A stretch of 64,000 nt of DNA from the NCBI GenBank assembly GCA_043826455.1, contig JBDRQD010000002.1:1-64000 (forward strand). The letters run 5' to 3'. Below, piece by piece: positions 1-8,407 of this stretch (position 1 is the first letter of the stretch; each line of letters begins with the position of its first letter). This stretch comes from Candidatus Bathyarchaeota archaeon. GTDB lineage: Archaea > Thermoproteota > Bathyarchaeia > TCS64. The position numbers and the translations under genes are program-made. The notes under the pieces were generated by a model. It was not told where the DNA came from. It made no database searches and was given only the letters and a program-made list of their open reading frames with translations.

Positions 1-40
1 ACTTGATAAAATTATTAGACTATTTGTTGAAGACGAATTA

Positions 41-682
41 ATGAGACCGAATCAAAAACCATACGTTTTCGAATTTAGAGTAGAATTATCTGAAGATGAA
101 TTCTTTAAAATACAAGAACAACTAGAAAAAATGGTACTTTCATATGAGGATAAACCGGATCACTCATATGAATTTATTGATTATTATTTTAAACCTAAAA
201 ACATTAATGCTAAAACCTGGATCTCAAAAAAAGTAACAACTCGTATTAGAGATTGGAGACATCCATATAAAGATACAGTTGATTATTTATATAGTAAAGT
301 TGAAGTTAAAGATAGGGGATATATAGCAGCACATTCATTAGGATCAAAAATTATTCTTAAAGATGACATTACAATTGCTAATGAATTTAGTAACGATGTA
401 GAATTAGAAGAATTTATGAGAATTACTAAAGATTTAGGATACAAATACGACATTAAAGAACCTTTTCCATACACAGTATATCTTGAAAAGATGACAATTC
501 AATTAGATGGATATAAAAAACAAGTTTATAGCATGGAAGTAGAGTTTTGGATAACTGACCCGAAAGATCAAATTAGTATAGATGATCAATGTAAAAAAAT
601 CTATGAAATATTAAATATTGATCAAAAAAGAGTCCAGAATAAACCTCTACAAAGTACATATTGGATACACGTGCAAACGTAA
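41..682 (+). CDS. CYTH-like (triphosphate tunnel metalloenzyme) domain protein in an AT-rich segment
   Basis: N-terminal FEFR, DYYF, TRIR and a late EVE motif resemble the CYTH signature; far more AT-rich than the rest of the window. Confidence 0.5.
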   Translation: MRPNQKPYVFEFRVELSEDEFFKIQEQLEKMVLSYEDKPDHSYEFIDYYFKPKNINAKTWISKKVTTRIRDWRHPYKDTVDYLYSKVEVKDRGYIAAHSLGSKIILKDDITIANEFSNDVELEEFMRITKDLGYKYDIKEPFPYTVYLEKMTIQLDGYKKQVYSMEVEFWITDPKDQISIDDQCKKIYEILNIDQKRVQNKPLQSTYWIHVQT

Positions 683-849
683 TCTTCAACAGCGCACGAG
701 GTTTAATAGAGGAGAAATAATTGCGCGCGCCCCAAATAATATATTTTAGGGTTTTTCTATAATCCGTCCGTTCGCTAATAGTGACTTCCTTCTCAGTAAG
801 AAAAAAATACTTACTTGGACACAAACACGTAGGGGAAGTAACATTATAA

Positions 850-1779
850 TTATGTTCTGAGTATGGGGCAGGTCATGCAGTGGATGCCGCCCCAGCCCTT
901 CCGGAGCTCCTCTCCGGGTATCTGCACCACGTCGATGCCCCGTTCTTTAGCTTCCTTCATGACCCTGGGGTTCCCCGTGTAGTGGAGCGCCAGGTCGGGG
1001 GCCACGGTGAGGAAGTTGGCGGCCATGTCATTGCACTCCCGGTCGGTGATCTCCAGGATGTCCCAGCCTTCCTCCCGGAGCCACTCCATGAAGCTGCCGT
1101 CCCACCTCTCGTTTCTGGTCCTGAAGTGGGTGGGCACGGCCTCCATGACCGGAGGGTGGCTGAGGGCCACCTTGCCGGGCAGCTCGGCGAACTCCCCGTC
1201 TATGTGCACTATGCCCTTGGGCATGTCCAGGGTGATCCAGAGGTCCACCAGGTTGTGGTCTAGGAGATAGTCGCCCATCTGGTCCAGGGCGCCCTGGGTG
1301 GACCTGTCGCATAGGCCGGCTACGGCTGCTCCACCGTCCAGCATGGCGAAGCCTCCGCCCTCGAAGGTGTCGGGCTCACGCATCTCCAGGGCTACGGGGA
1401 CGCCTAGGGCCGTGTGGGCGGCCTTGATGACGGGGATCTCCAGGCGCCTGGTGGGTAGGCCCATCCTGAAGAGGAGGGCTCCGCCGCTGGTCACGGTGCT
1501 GCTGTCCCTGACGAAGACCATGTTGGGGCACCTGAAGCTCTGCTCGTAGGCCACCTTATCATCTTTGACCAGGTCTCTAACCTGCAGGACCTCGACGCCG
1601 GCCTCCTCCAAGGCGTCAATGAGCTCCTGGTGGTCGCTGATGAACCGCTTGGTGTCCACGGGCATCTCGAAGTGGTGGGGCTCGGGGTCCCTGTTGGCTA
1701 TCTCCAGCTCCCTGCCCGGGTGGTGAACCATGACCCGTTTTAGGGTGCCCGACTCGTGGTTTATCCCGTAACTAGGCAT
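850..1779 (-). CDS. Amidinotransferase / arginine deiminase / dimethylargininase family protein
   Basis: ESGTLKRVMVHHPG, FVRD, FEGG, HID and the C-terminal GGIHCMTCP catalytic Cys motif. Confidence 0.9.
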   Translation of the reverse strand: MPSYGINHESGTLKRVMVHHPGRELEIANRDPEPHHFEMPVDTKRFISDHQELIDALEEAGVEVLQVRDLVKDDKVAYEQSFRCPNMVFVRDSSTVTSGGALLFRMGLPTRRLEIPVIKAAHTALGVPVALEMREPDTFEGGGFAMLDGGAAVAGLCDRSTQGALDQMGDYLLDHNLVDLWITLDMPKGIVHIDGEFAELPGKVALSHPPVMEAVPTHFRTRNERWDGSFMEWLREEGWDILEITDRECNDMAANFLTVAPDLALHYTGNPRVMKEAKERGIDVVQIPGEELRKGWGGIHCMTCPILRT

Positions 1780-1839
1780 ATTATGGGGTGTGACGCGTGG
1801 AGCTTAAAACAGTAACCCGGTGTAGGTTCACCTGACGCT

Positions 1840-2091
1840 TTACTTGGCGGCCTTCTTCTCTGCCTTGGCCTTGCGCTTAGCCGCGGCCTCGACCTCCTCC
1901 TCGGTGCACCTGTAGCGCCGGACGCCGTCCTCATCCCTGAAGCCGCTGACGCGTTCCTCGGTGAACATGCCTTTCAGGAGGTTGTAGGCCTTCTTCTCCT
2001 TGATGCCCATGGCTTCGGCTAGCTCGGCTATGCTCATGGGCTTGTCCAGAAGCAGGACTCCGATCTCGTTCTTGAGCTTGGTGGCCGACAT
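1840..2091 (-). CDS. Small winged-helix DNA-binding protein with Lys/Ala-rich tail
   Basis: PMSIAELAEAMGIKEKKAYNLL helix-turn-helix pattern. Confidence 0.7.
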   Translation of the reverse strand: MSATKLKNEIGVLLLDKPMSIAELAEAMGIKEKKAYNLLKGMFTEERVSGFRDEDGVRRYRCTEEEVEAAAKRKAKAEKKAAK

Positions 2092-2286
2092 GCTCTCACC
2101 TTGATACTGGTTGTTTTTTTAGATAAAGTTTGGTGCGTTTCTGGTTGCCCTCAGTATATAAAAGTAACTTTTGAGGAGTCTCCAGGACGTGTTGAACTGT
2201 TCAGAACCGTTGAATAAGGTGCCCCGTGTTCACGTGTAACTTGACTGGGATAGGTTAATGGTTGCAGATAATGGGCGTTGACCAGA

Positions 2287-2534
2287 TACACTCGTTTATT
2301 AGGCTTTTTTTTGTGTTAAACGAGCCCCCCTACCTTTTTTCACATCAGGCTCTCCGCTGCGCCTTGTTTAATGTGTTTAATGTGCCTTGTTTCTGTGTGG
2401 AATGGACGGCGTTTTTACATAGAATGGCGTCGCAGCGGACCGGTTCCGTGGCTCCTTTTGGCGTGGGGAGGCCGTTTCCGGTTCACATTGCTCTACCCCT
2501 CCTCATTTCTGGTGCCAGGTGCTGGCGTGGTGCG
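2287..2534 (-). repeat. Dispersed intergenic element, copy A (partial, inverted relative to copies B and C)
   Basis: Reverse complement contains CCCCACGCCAAAAGGAGCCACGGAACCGGTCCG and AAAAACGCCGTCCATTCCACACAGAAAC, matching 23734-23813. Confidence 0.9.
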
Positions 2535-2600
2535 GAAGAGTACAGGCATATTGATGTGGTTCCTCTTCAAAGCGACGCTGAGATATCTGAGTGGTTGCTG

Positions 2601-3389
2601 TCACTTGGGGATGAGCTGTATCTCGAATAGGTTTGGCCACTGTTTGCCGGTTACGTAGATTTTTCCGGTCTCTCTGTTGTATGCGATTCCGTTGAGTACA
2701 TCGATCCCCCTTGTGGAATTGAGTTCATTTTGGAGTCCTGTTAGGTCGATCCATGAGACCACGTTGCCGGTGGATGGGTCTATTACAGCGATGTTGTCCG
2801 TCTGCCATATGTTGGCGTAGACCTTGCCCTCGATGTACTCCAGCTCGTTGAGCAGTCCGACCTCATCCTCCTCGTAGGTGGCTATTACTGTTTCTACTAT
2901 TTTCATGGTCTGGGGGTCGATGAAGCTCAGCGTCGAGGTGCCGTCGCTGAGTATCAGGTGGGTGCTGTTTTCTGTGAGTCCCCAGCCCTCGTTTGGTATG
3001 CTGAAGGTTGACTCTCCATTTAGCTCTAGGTCATATACGAAGCCTGTGTGCTCCCGCCAAGTGACCTGATACACTTTATTGTTTAGAATGGTTACTCCCT
3101 CCCCAAAGAAACTCTGCGATAAATCTACTTTGCGTAATATCTCACCGGTCTCTTGTTCGACTATTCTGATGCTTGAACCTCCATAGAGGCCTGTTCCCTC
3201 ATAGAGGACCCCGTTATGGATGACGAGGCCTTGGGTGGACGCCCCGGGGTCATGGGGGTACTTTTTTACCACGCGGTAGGTATAGAATGACTCCAGCTTA
3301 GGCTCTTGGTTGAGGTTCTGGTACGTGTAGAGGGCAGCAACGCTCAACATGATTACCAAAGCGACTGCTATCCTCTGATCCATCTTCAT
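2601..3389 (-). CDS. Glutaminyl-peptide cyclotransferase (beta-propeller type), membrane-anchored
   Basis: N-terminal TM; YPHD..TQGL, FGEG, EGWGL, LNELE, ANIW and VLNGIAY motifs. Confidence 0.93.
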   Translation of the reverse strand: MKMDQRIAVALVIMLSVAALYTYQNLNQEPKLESFYTYRVVKKYPHDPGASTQGLVIHNGVLYEGTGLYGGSSIRIVEQETGEILRKVDLSQSFFGEGVTILNNKVYQVTWREHTGFVYDLELNGESTFSIPNEGWGLTENSTHLILSDGTSTLSFIDPQTMKIVETVIATYEEDEVGLLNELEYIEGKVYANIWQTDNIAVIDPSTGNVVSWIDLTGLQNELNSTRGIDVLNGIAYNRETGKIYVTGKQWPNLFEIQLIPK

Positions 3390-3538
3390 ACAGGATAAAA
3401 GGATGTTGAGGGGGTAAAAAAGAGGGGCGGTTACCTGCGCGCACGCAATATATCTGGACCAAAATCATCGCCGCGGAGCGAAGCGGAGCTCTGTGTGTGG
3501 GGGATAAAATTATTGATTAATGTGAACTGAGGATAAGA

Positions 3539-3877
3539 TTATGGATGTATGTTGGCGTCATCCTTCATATAAACCTGGGCTCTTACATGGCTTCCACATT
3601 TCGGGCAGGTCAAGAGCTTCCAACCGCCGCCGCGACCAAACCCGTGGGGTGAGACAAGGTCGGTGACCGTGCTTATGCTGAATAGTTGATCACATTCTGG
3701 GCAACGATACGCTGTGTTTCTGGCATGCCACCTTACGACAGTTAATAGTGACGTAATGACGATGATGATCCAGAGGGCGAATCCGAAGGGCCAGTATTTT
3801 GGTGCGAGGATTAACGCGGTGAAGATGGTGGTGGCGATGAATGCGATTAGAGCGGTGCTGGTATTCAAGGAATCCAC
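3539..3877 (-). CDS. Small two-TM membrane protein with C-terminal zinc ribbon
   Basis: Two hydrophobic helices followed by CPEC...CPKC. Confidence 0.75.
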   Translation of the reverse strand: MDSLNTSTALIAFIATTIFTALILAPKYWPFGFALWIIIVITSLLTVVRWHARNTAYRCPECDQLFSISTVTDLVSPHGFGRGGGWKLLTCPKCGSHVRAQVYMKDDANIHP

Positions 3878-4034
3878 TTCTGAATATGATCTGAATTACA
3901 TGGGTCTCCCTTAACCTATTCTGGTTCACATACGCTGTGCGTGTGTCAACACCTGTGGGTATCAAATATTATTTACGTATGATTTCTTTGCGGTCAAGGA
4001 TTATATAGGGACACGTGTTAGGATATGGAATCCG

Positions 4035-5213
4035 GTGTCAAATATGAAGAGCGAAGACGCCAGCGTCATAGCCATCACGGGAAGCCACGGCATAATGCAC
4101 GGTTACCTCGTCCTCCTACCAGCGCTGCTGCCCCTCCTCCACGGGGACCTGGGGGGGATAGCCACCTTCGGGCTCCTGGTCTCCCTGGTCAACTGGTTCT
4201 ACGGCTTCGGCAGCCTGCCCGTGGGGTTCATGGCGGACAGGATGAGCAAGAAGATGCTCATCACTGTGTCCATGGCCCTCCTGGGGGCGGCCTCCATCAT
4301 CGTTGGCCTGTCCCCCAACGTGTGGGTGGCCGCAGTCGGCTTCATAGTGCTGGGCATCGGCGCCAGCCTCTACCATCCCTGCGGCTACGCCCACATGAGC
4401 CTCCTCAGCGACGAGATGAGGGGCCGCTACATGGGGTACCAGGGCATGGGGGGCGACCTGGGTATGGCCCTCAGCTTCCTCACCACCAGCCTCCTGGGGG
4501 CCCAGTTCGGGTGGAGGGCCACCTTCATCATCTGGGGCGTCGTCGGCCTGGCCCTGGCCGCCCTGGACCACCTGGTCATCCAGGACGTAGCATGCGATCT
4601 GGATTCCGCGCGTGAGGGCGTAGTACCCACCATAAGGAAGATGTTCGCCGTCGCGGACCGCACGACTCTTCTCCTCACCTTCATCATCGTCATCCTCAGC
4701 GGCATGCTGTGGCAGGGCGTCAGCGCCTACATAATGGTGTACATCACCGACGTTAAGATGGTGGCCCTGGTCATCGCCGGCGGGCTATCCACCCTCAAGT
4801 ACACTGTAGGCGCGGTGGCCCAGATACTGGGCGGTGACCTGAGCGACAGGATGGGCAGGAAGATCATGCTCCTAGCGGGGTTCGGCGTCTTCACTGTCAG
4901 CCTCCTAGCCATGACCCTGGCCCCCAGCAACCTCCTGGTGCTGGCGGGGCTGGTGGTGGTGCTGGGCTTCTCCTTCTTCGTCACCCAGAGCCCCATGAAC
5001 GCGCTCCTGGGCGATGTGAGCCACAAGGACACGGTGGGCGTCACCTACGGCGTCAACTTCACCCTCAAGTACGGGATCGGGTTCTTCACCCCGGCCATAG
5101 CCGGGTACCTGGCCGTCAACTACAGCCTGGACCACGTGTTCTACTTCTTCGCCGCCCTCTCGGCCGTGGCCTTCCTGGTGAGCCTCTTCGTCAAGGACAA
5201 GAAGAAGAACTAG
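4035..5213 (+). CDS. MFS transporter
   Basis: About 12 TM helices; GFMADRMSKK and GDLSDRMGRK motif A copies. Confidence 0.92.
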   Translation: MSNMKSEDASVIAITGSHGIMHGYLVLLPALLPLLHGDLGGIATFGLLVSLVNWFYGFGSLPVGFMADRMSKKMLITVSMALLGAASIIVGLSPNVWVAAVGFIVLGIGASLYHPCGYAHMSLLSDEMRGRYMGYQGMGGDLGMALSFLTTSLLGAQFGWRATFIIWGVVGLALAALDHLVIQDVACDLDSAREGVVPTIRKMFAVADRTTLLLTFIIVILSGMLWQGVSAYIMVYITDVKMVALVIAGGLSTLKYTVGAVAQILGGDLSDRMGRKIMLLAGFGVFTVSLLAMTLAPSNLLVLAGLVVVLGFSFFVTQSPMNALLGDVSHKDTVGVTYGVNFTLKYGIGFFTPAIAGYLAVNYSLDHVFYFFAALSAVAFLVSLFVKDKKKN

Positions 5214-5935
5214 GGTAGGCCGCGGGCCAGCTTGCCCACGCCTTTGCCGAACCTTGTTTTAAGCAGCTTATCTGGGTCCCCGATGGTGGCCTCCAGCTCC
5301 TCATCGTAGTCCAATGCTCCAAGGTACCTGAGGCCCAGGCTCTTGACCTCGTCCTCCACGTAGCGGCTCCGGTTCACCACCATGTTCTCTAGGACCCCTA
5401 TGACGGATATCTTCAGGTCTCTGAGGAGCAGCAGCAGCCTCCTCACGGACTGGTAGGCCACCACGCTGGGGGTGGTGACCACCATGAACTCGATCCTGGG
5501 TATCAGCCGCAGGGTGTCCAGGGTGGCGTCCCCGATGCCCGGGGGCATGTCCAAGATGAGGATGTCCAGCTCCCCCCAGCGGGTGATGGCCAGGAGCTCT
5601 ATGATGACGTTGGATACGTCCTCGCCGCGGAGGGGCGCAGGCTCGTCCAGGCTGTAGTGGACTATGCTCATGTACTTGAGGCCGTGGGCCAGGGGGGGCA
5701 CTATGCCATACTCCTCTTCGGGGTAGAGGCCCTCGACACCCAGGATGACGTGGGTGCTGGGGCTGGTGAAGTCCAGGTCCAGGAGGCCCACCCTGAGGCC
5801 CTGCTCCACTAGGCTGAGGGCCAGGGTGGTGGCCACCATGCTCTTGCCGACGCCGCCCTTGCCGCTGCTGACTGCTATGATTCTGCCTACGTCCTGGAAC
5901 CTTTTCTCTATGACGGCTAGGCGTGGGTCACTCAG
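5210..5935 (-). CDS. Mrp/MinD-family P-loop ATPase, probably the ATPase-type HypB partner of HypA; inferred CTG start
   Basis: Frame extends upstream of the ORF call to (L)SDPRLAVIEKRF...SGKGGVGKS; DMPPG and ENM motifs; lacks the Fe-S-binding CxxC; overlaps the hypA stop. Confidence 0.85.
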   Translation of the reverse strand: MSDPRLAVIEKRFQDVGRIIAVSSGKGGVGKSMVATTLALSLVEQGLRVGLLDLDFTSPSTHVILGVEGLYPEEEYGIVPPLAHGLKYMSIVHYSLDEPAPLRGEDVSNVIIELLAITRWGELDILILDMPPGIGDATLDTLRLIPRIEFMVVTTPSVVAYQSVRRLLLLLRDLKISVIGVLENMVVNRSRYVEDEVKSLGLRYLGALDYDEELEATIGDPDKLLKTRFGKGVGKLARGLP

Positions 5936-6335
5936 CTTTCCTAACCCCCTTGATGGTGGCCAGCCAGACGCCCCGGCCCTCCGTGACCTCGAAGTCGGGG
6001 CTGCCGCACTCGCCGCACTTGATGTACACGTGGGCCATCTCGGGGACGAAGTGGATGGCCTCGGAGACCTCCTCGGTCATGCCCTCCGCTGTGAAGCCCC
6101 ACTCGTGGCCGCAGTTCCTGCACCTGAATCTGGCTGGCTGGGTCTTGAGGATGAACTCGGCGTTCTTGAAGAGTGGGGTCTTGAGCTGCTCGAAGGCGAA
6201 CATGAGGACCTCGTGCTCTACCTGCTGGAGCTCCCCCACCATGACCACCACCTCGGTGACCTCCGTGAGGCCGTTCTCCTCTGCGAACCGGGCGGCCGTG
6301 GATATGACTCCCTCCGCTAGGGCCCATTCATGCAT
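5928..6335 (-). CDS. hypA: Hydrogenase nickel incorporation protein HypA
   Basis: MHE N-terminus, CRNC and CGEC zinc motifs, GRG near the C-terminus. Confidence 0.95.
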   Translation of the reverse strand: MHEWALAEGVISTAARFAEENGLTEVTEVVVMVGELQQVEHEVLMFAFEQLKTPLFKNAEFILKTQPARFRCRNCGHEWGFTAEGMTEEVSEAIHFVPEMAHVYIKCGECGSPDFEVTEGRGVWLATIKGVRKAE

Positions 6336-6452
6336 GGTGCCTCCTTTTCCGGCGGGCGTTAATAATGTTACTGAGGCCCACTCAGTATTCCACCATGTTA
6401 TCGGATAACAGGTTTGAAGCAGCTCATCAATGAGCCGCGCAAATGATTACAC

Positions 6453-6839
6453 GTGAACCTTAACAGGAAGACAGTGGCATCAGCCATCACGGTAGCCATA
6501 GCCCTCATGACCCTCAACGTAACCTACCGAGGAATAGCCACGGGGGTCGGGGTCATCCCCGGCATGAGCTTCCTCCTCTGGACCCTCATAGCCCTGGCCT
6601 ACACCACCCAGGAGGAGATAGAGGAGTACGTGAGGAATAACCACAAAAGAGTCACAGTACCCGCTGAACACTACGCGGCCAGGATCACAACCTGGACACG
6701 GGAAGCGGCGTCACAGGAGAACCAGAGACGCCTCCGCGGAGCCCTCGAGACCAGATACGACGCCGCCAAGCTAAGGCTCTCAGCCCTCACCGACCAACTG
6801 AAGGACACAATAGACCACGTCATAGAGGAGCACCTCTGA
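6453..6839 (+). CDS. Hypothetical membrane protein (two TM plus coiled coil)
   Basis: Clean ORF divergent from hypA with a hydrophobic N-terminal half. Confidence 0.6.
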   Translation: MNLNRKTVASAITVAIALMTLNVTYRGIATGVGVIPGMSFLLWTLIALAYTTQEEIEEYVRNNHKRVTVPAEHYAARITTWTREAASQENQRRLRGALETRYDAAKLRLSALTDQLKDTIDHVIEEHL

Positions 6840-6882
6840 GAAACAATAAAAGCCGCGGACACCATCAAACCCGAGACACCCC

Positions 6883-7308
6883 ATGAGCGGCTACCTGGAA
6901 GCACTGGAGACGACAGGCAACAGCCTCATGGTGTACCGGGACGGAGCCCTCGTTTTCCAGAGCAGCAGCAAAGGCATAAGGCCCCACCTGGAAGCCATAG
7001 ACCAGCTAGGCGAGGGCCTCCGCGACGCCGTCATGGTGGACAAGATAGTGGGCCGCGCAGCCGCCCTCCTCATCCTCTACAGCGGGGCGGCGGAGGCCCA
7101 CGCAGCAGTCCTAAGCACCCAGGGTAGACGCGTCCTAGAGATGCACGGCCTCAGGTTCACCTACGCGGAGGAGGTGGAGCACATCAAGATGCGGGACGGC
7201 CGCATATACTGCCCCTTCGAGGCCATGGTTCAGGGCCTCACCAACCCCGAGGAGGCGTACCGGGCCATAGTGGAGAAGATGAGGAGCCTCCGGGACCAGG
7301 CCCGGTAG
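6883..7308 (+). CDS. DUF1893 (TM1506-like) protein
   Basis: GIRP, DKIVGRAAALL and CPFE motifs. Confidence 0.85.
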   Translation: MSGYLEALETTGNSLMVYRDGALVFQSSSKGIRPHLEAIDQLGEGLRDAVMVDKIVGRAAALLILYSGAAEAHAAVLSTQGRRVLEMHGLRFTYAEEVEHIKMRDGRIYCPFEAMVQGLTNPEEAYRAIVEKMRSLRDQAR

Positions 7309-7413
7309 CAGCCAAGCCCTGAGCGGCCTGAGCCAGGAGCGGTCACCCAGCAGTTGGATAGTTTGATGGCGTCAAGTGGCTGTCCGAATAACATTGGAAG
7401 AATTTAAGAACCC

Positions 7414-8121
7414 GTGAGAGCAGTGTATGGGATTCAGCCTCAGGTGAAGGGCGTGCTGGAAGAGCTAACACCCCTAGTGGACACGATTACGGACCCCAAG
7501 CTACGCGGCTTGGTCAACGAGTTCCTCACGGACCCCCCAGCCGACATAGACCACCCCTCCCTACCCCTGGCCCAGTGCCCCGCCGGAGCATACCAGCACC
7601 ACAGCTACCCGGGGGGCCTACTGCAGCACACCCTCAGCGTCGTCAAGATCGCCGCCGCCCTCTGCGACATAGTGGAGGAGCTTTACGGCGGCCAAGTCAA
7701 CAGGGACCTGGTCCTCGCCGGCGCCATACTCCACGACGTCATGAAGGTCTACTGCTACGAACCGAACGGCAGCGGAGGCTTCCAGACCAGCGAGTACGGC
7801 GGCATGGTGGACCACCTCACCCTCATGGTGGCCGAGATGCACAGCCGCGGCCTGCCAGCGGACCTCATCCACGTGGTGGCCGGCCACCACGGCGACGTGG
7901 GGCCCACCAAGCCCAAGACCCTGGAGGCGCTGATAGTGTCAGTGGCTGATCAGGCCGACAGCGACCTCAACGGGAAGCTGCTCCGGGCCGCCGAGTACCT
8001 GCTCAGGAGGAGCGGCGAGCATAGGCCCCAGCTCAACAGCGCCCTGGAGGCGCTGAGGGTGGTGGCGGCCAAGAGCCATGAGGGGTGGCCTGGAGTGCAG
8101 CGGCTGGTGGACGAGGGTTAG
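7414..8121 (+). CDS. HD-domain phosphohydrolase (YhaM-like)
   Basis: PAGAYQHHSYPGGLLQHT, LHDVMK, HHG and AD motifs. Confidence 0.88.
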   Translation: MRAVYGIQPQVKGVLEELTPLVDTITDPKLRGLVNEFLTDPPADIDHPSLPLAQCPAGAYQHHSYPGGLLQHTLSVVKIAAALCDIVEELYGGQVNRDLVLAGAILHDVMKVYCYEPNGSGGFQTSEYGGMVDHLTLMVAEMHSRGLPADLIHVVAGHHGDVGPTKPKTLEALIVSVADQADSDLNGKLLRAAEYLLRRSGEHRPQLNSALEALRVVAAKSHEGWPGVQRLVDEG

Positions 8122-8199
8122 GCTGCTTGTACCGGTGGCTGGGTATTCCTGTTTTTAGGGCATAACGTCTATTAGTGTGGTTGCCTGGGTTTGTTGCGG

Positions 8200-8285
8200 G
8201 CAGCGGTGACAGAGCGGTTATCGTGCTGGTCTCGAAAACCAGTGGCCTCCGTGCCTCAAGGGTTCGAATCCCTTCCGCTGCGCCA
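8200..8285 (+). tRNA. tRNA-Ser(CGA), CCA encoded
   Basis: Acceptor GCAGCGG/CCGCTGC, anticodon arm CTGGT-CTCGAAA-ACCAG, long variable arm, GGTTCGAATCC T-arm, G73. Confidence 0.95.
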
Positions 8286-8407
8286 TATAATGAACTCAGG
8301 GTATCAGGAGCACACATGCATCACGCCTGTTTTCCCATGCTCCATGGTGTGGGCACGTGGAGATGCTACTTTTAACCACCTCACATCACAGTATAGGCTG
8401 AAAGACG

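Noticed and set aside
2262..2658. ORFs 2262-2630 and 2371-2658 and their look-alikes at 23556-23952 as genuine paralogous genes
   Set aside because: The similarity comes from the DNA repeat; starts and ends differ, local frameshifts occur, and copy C has an in-frame TGA in the NVPCFCVEW frame
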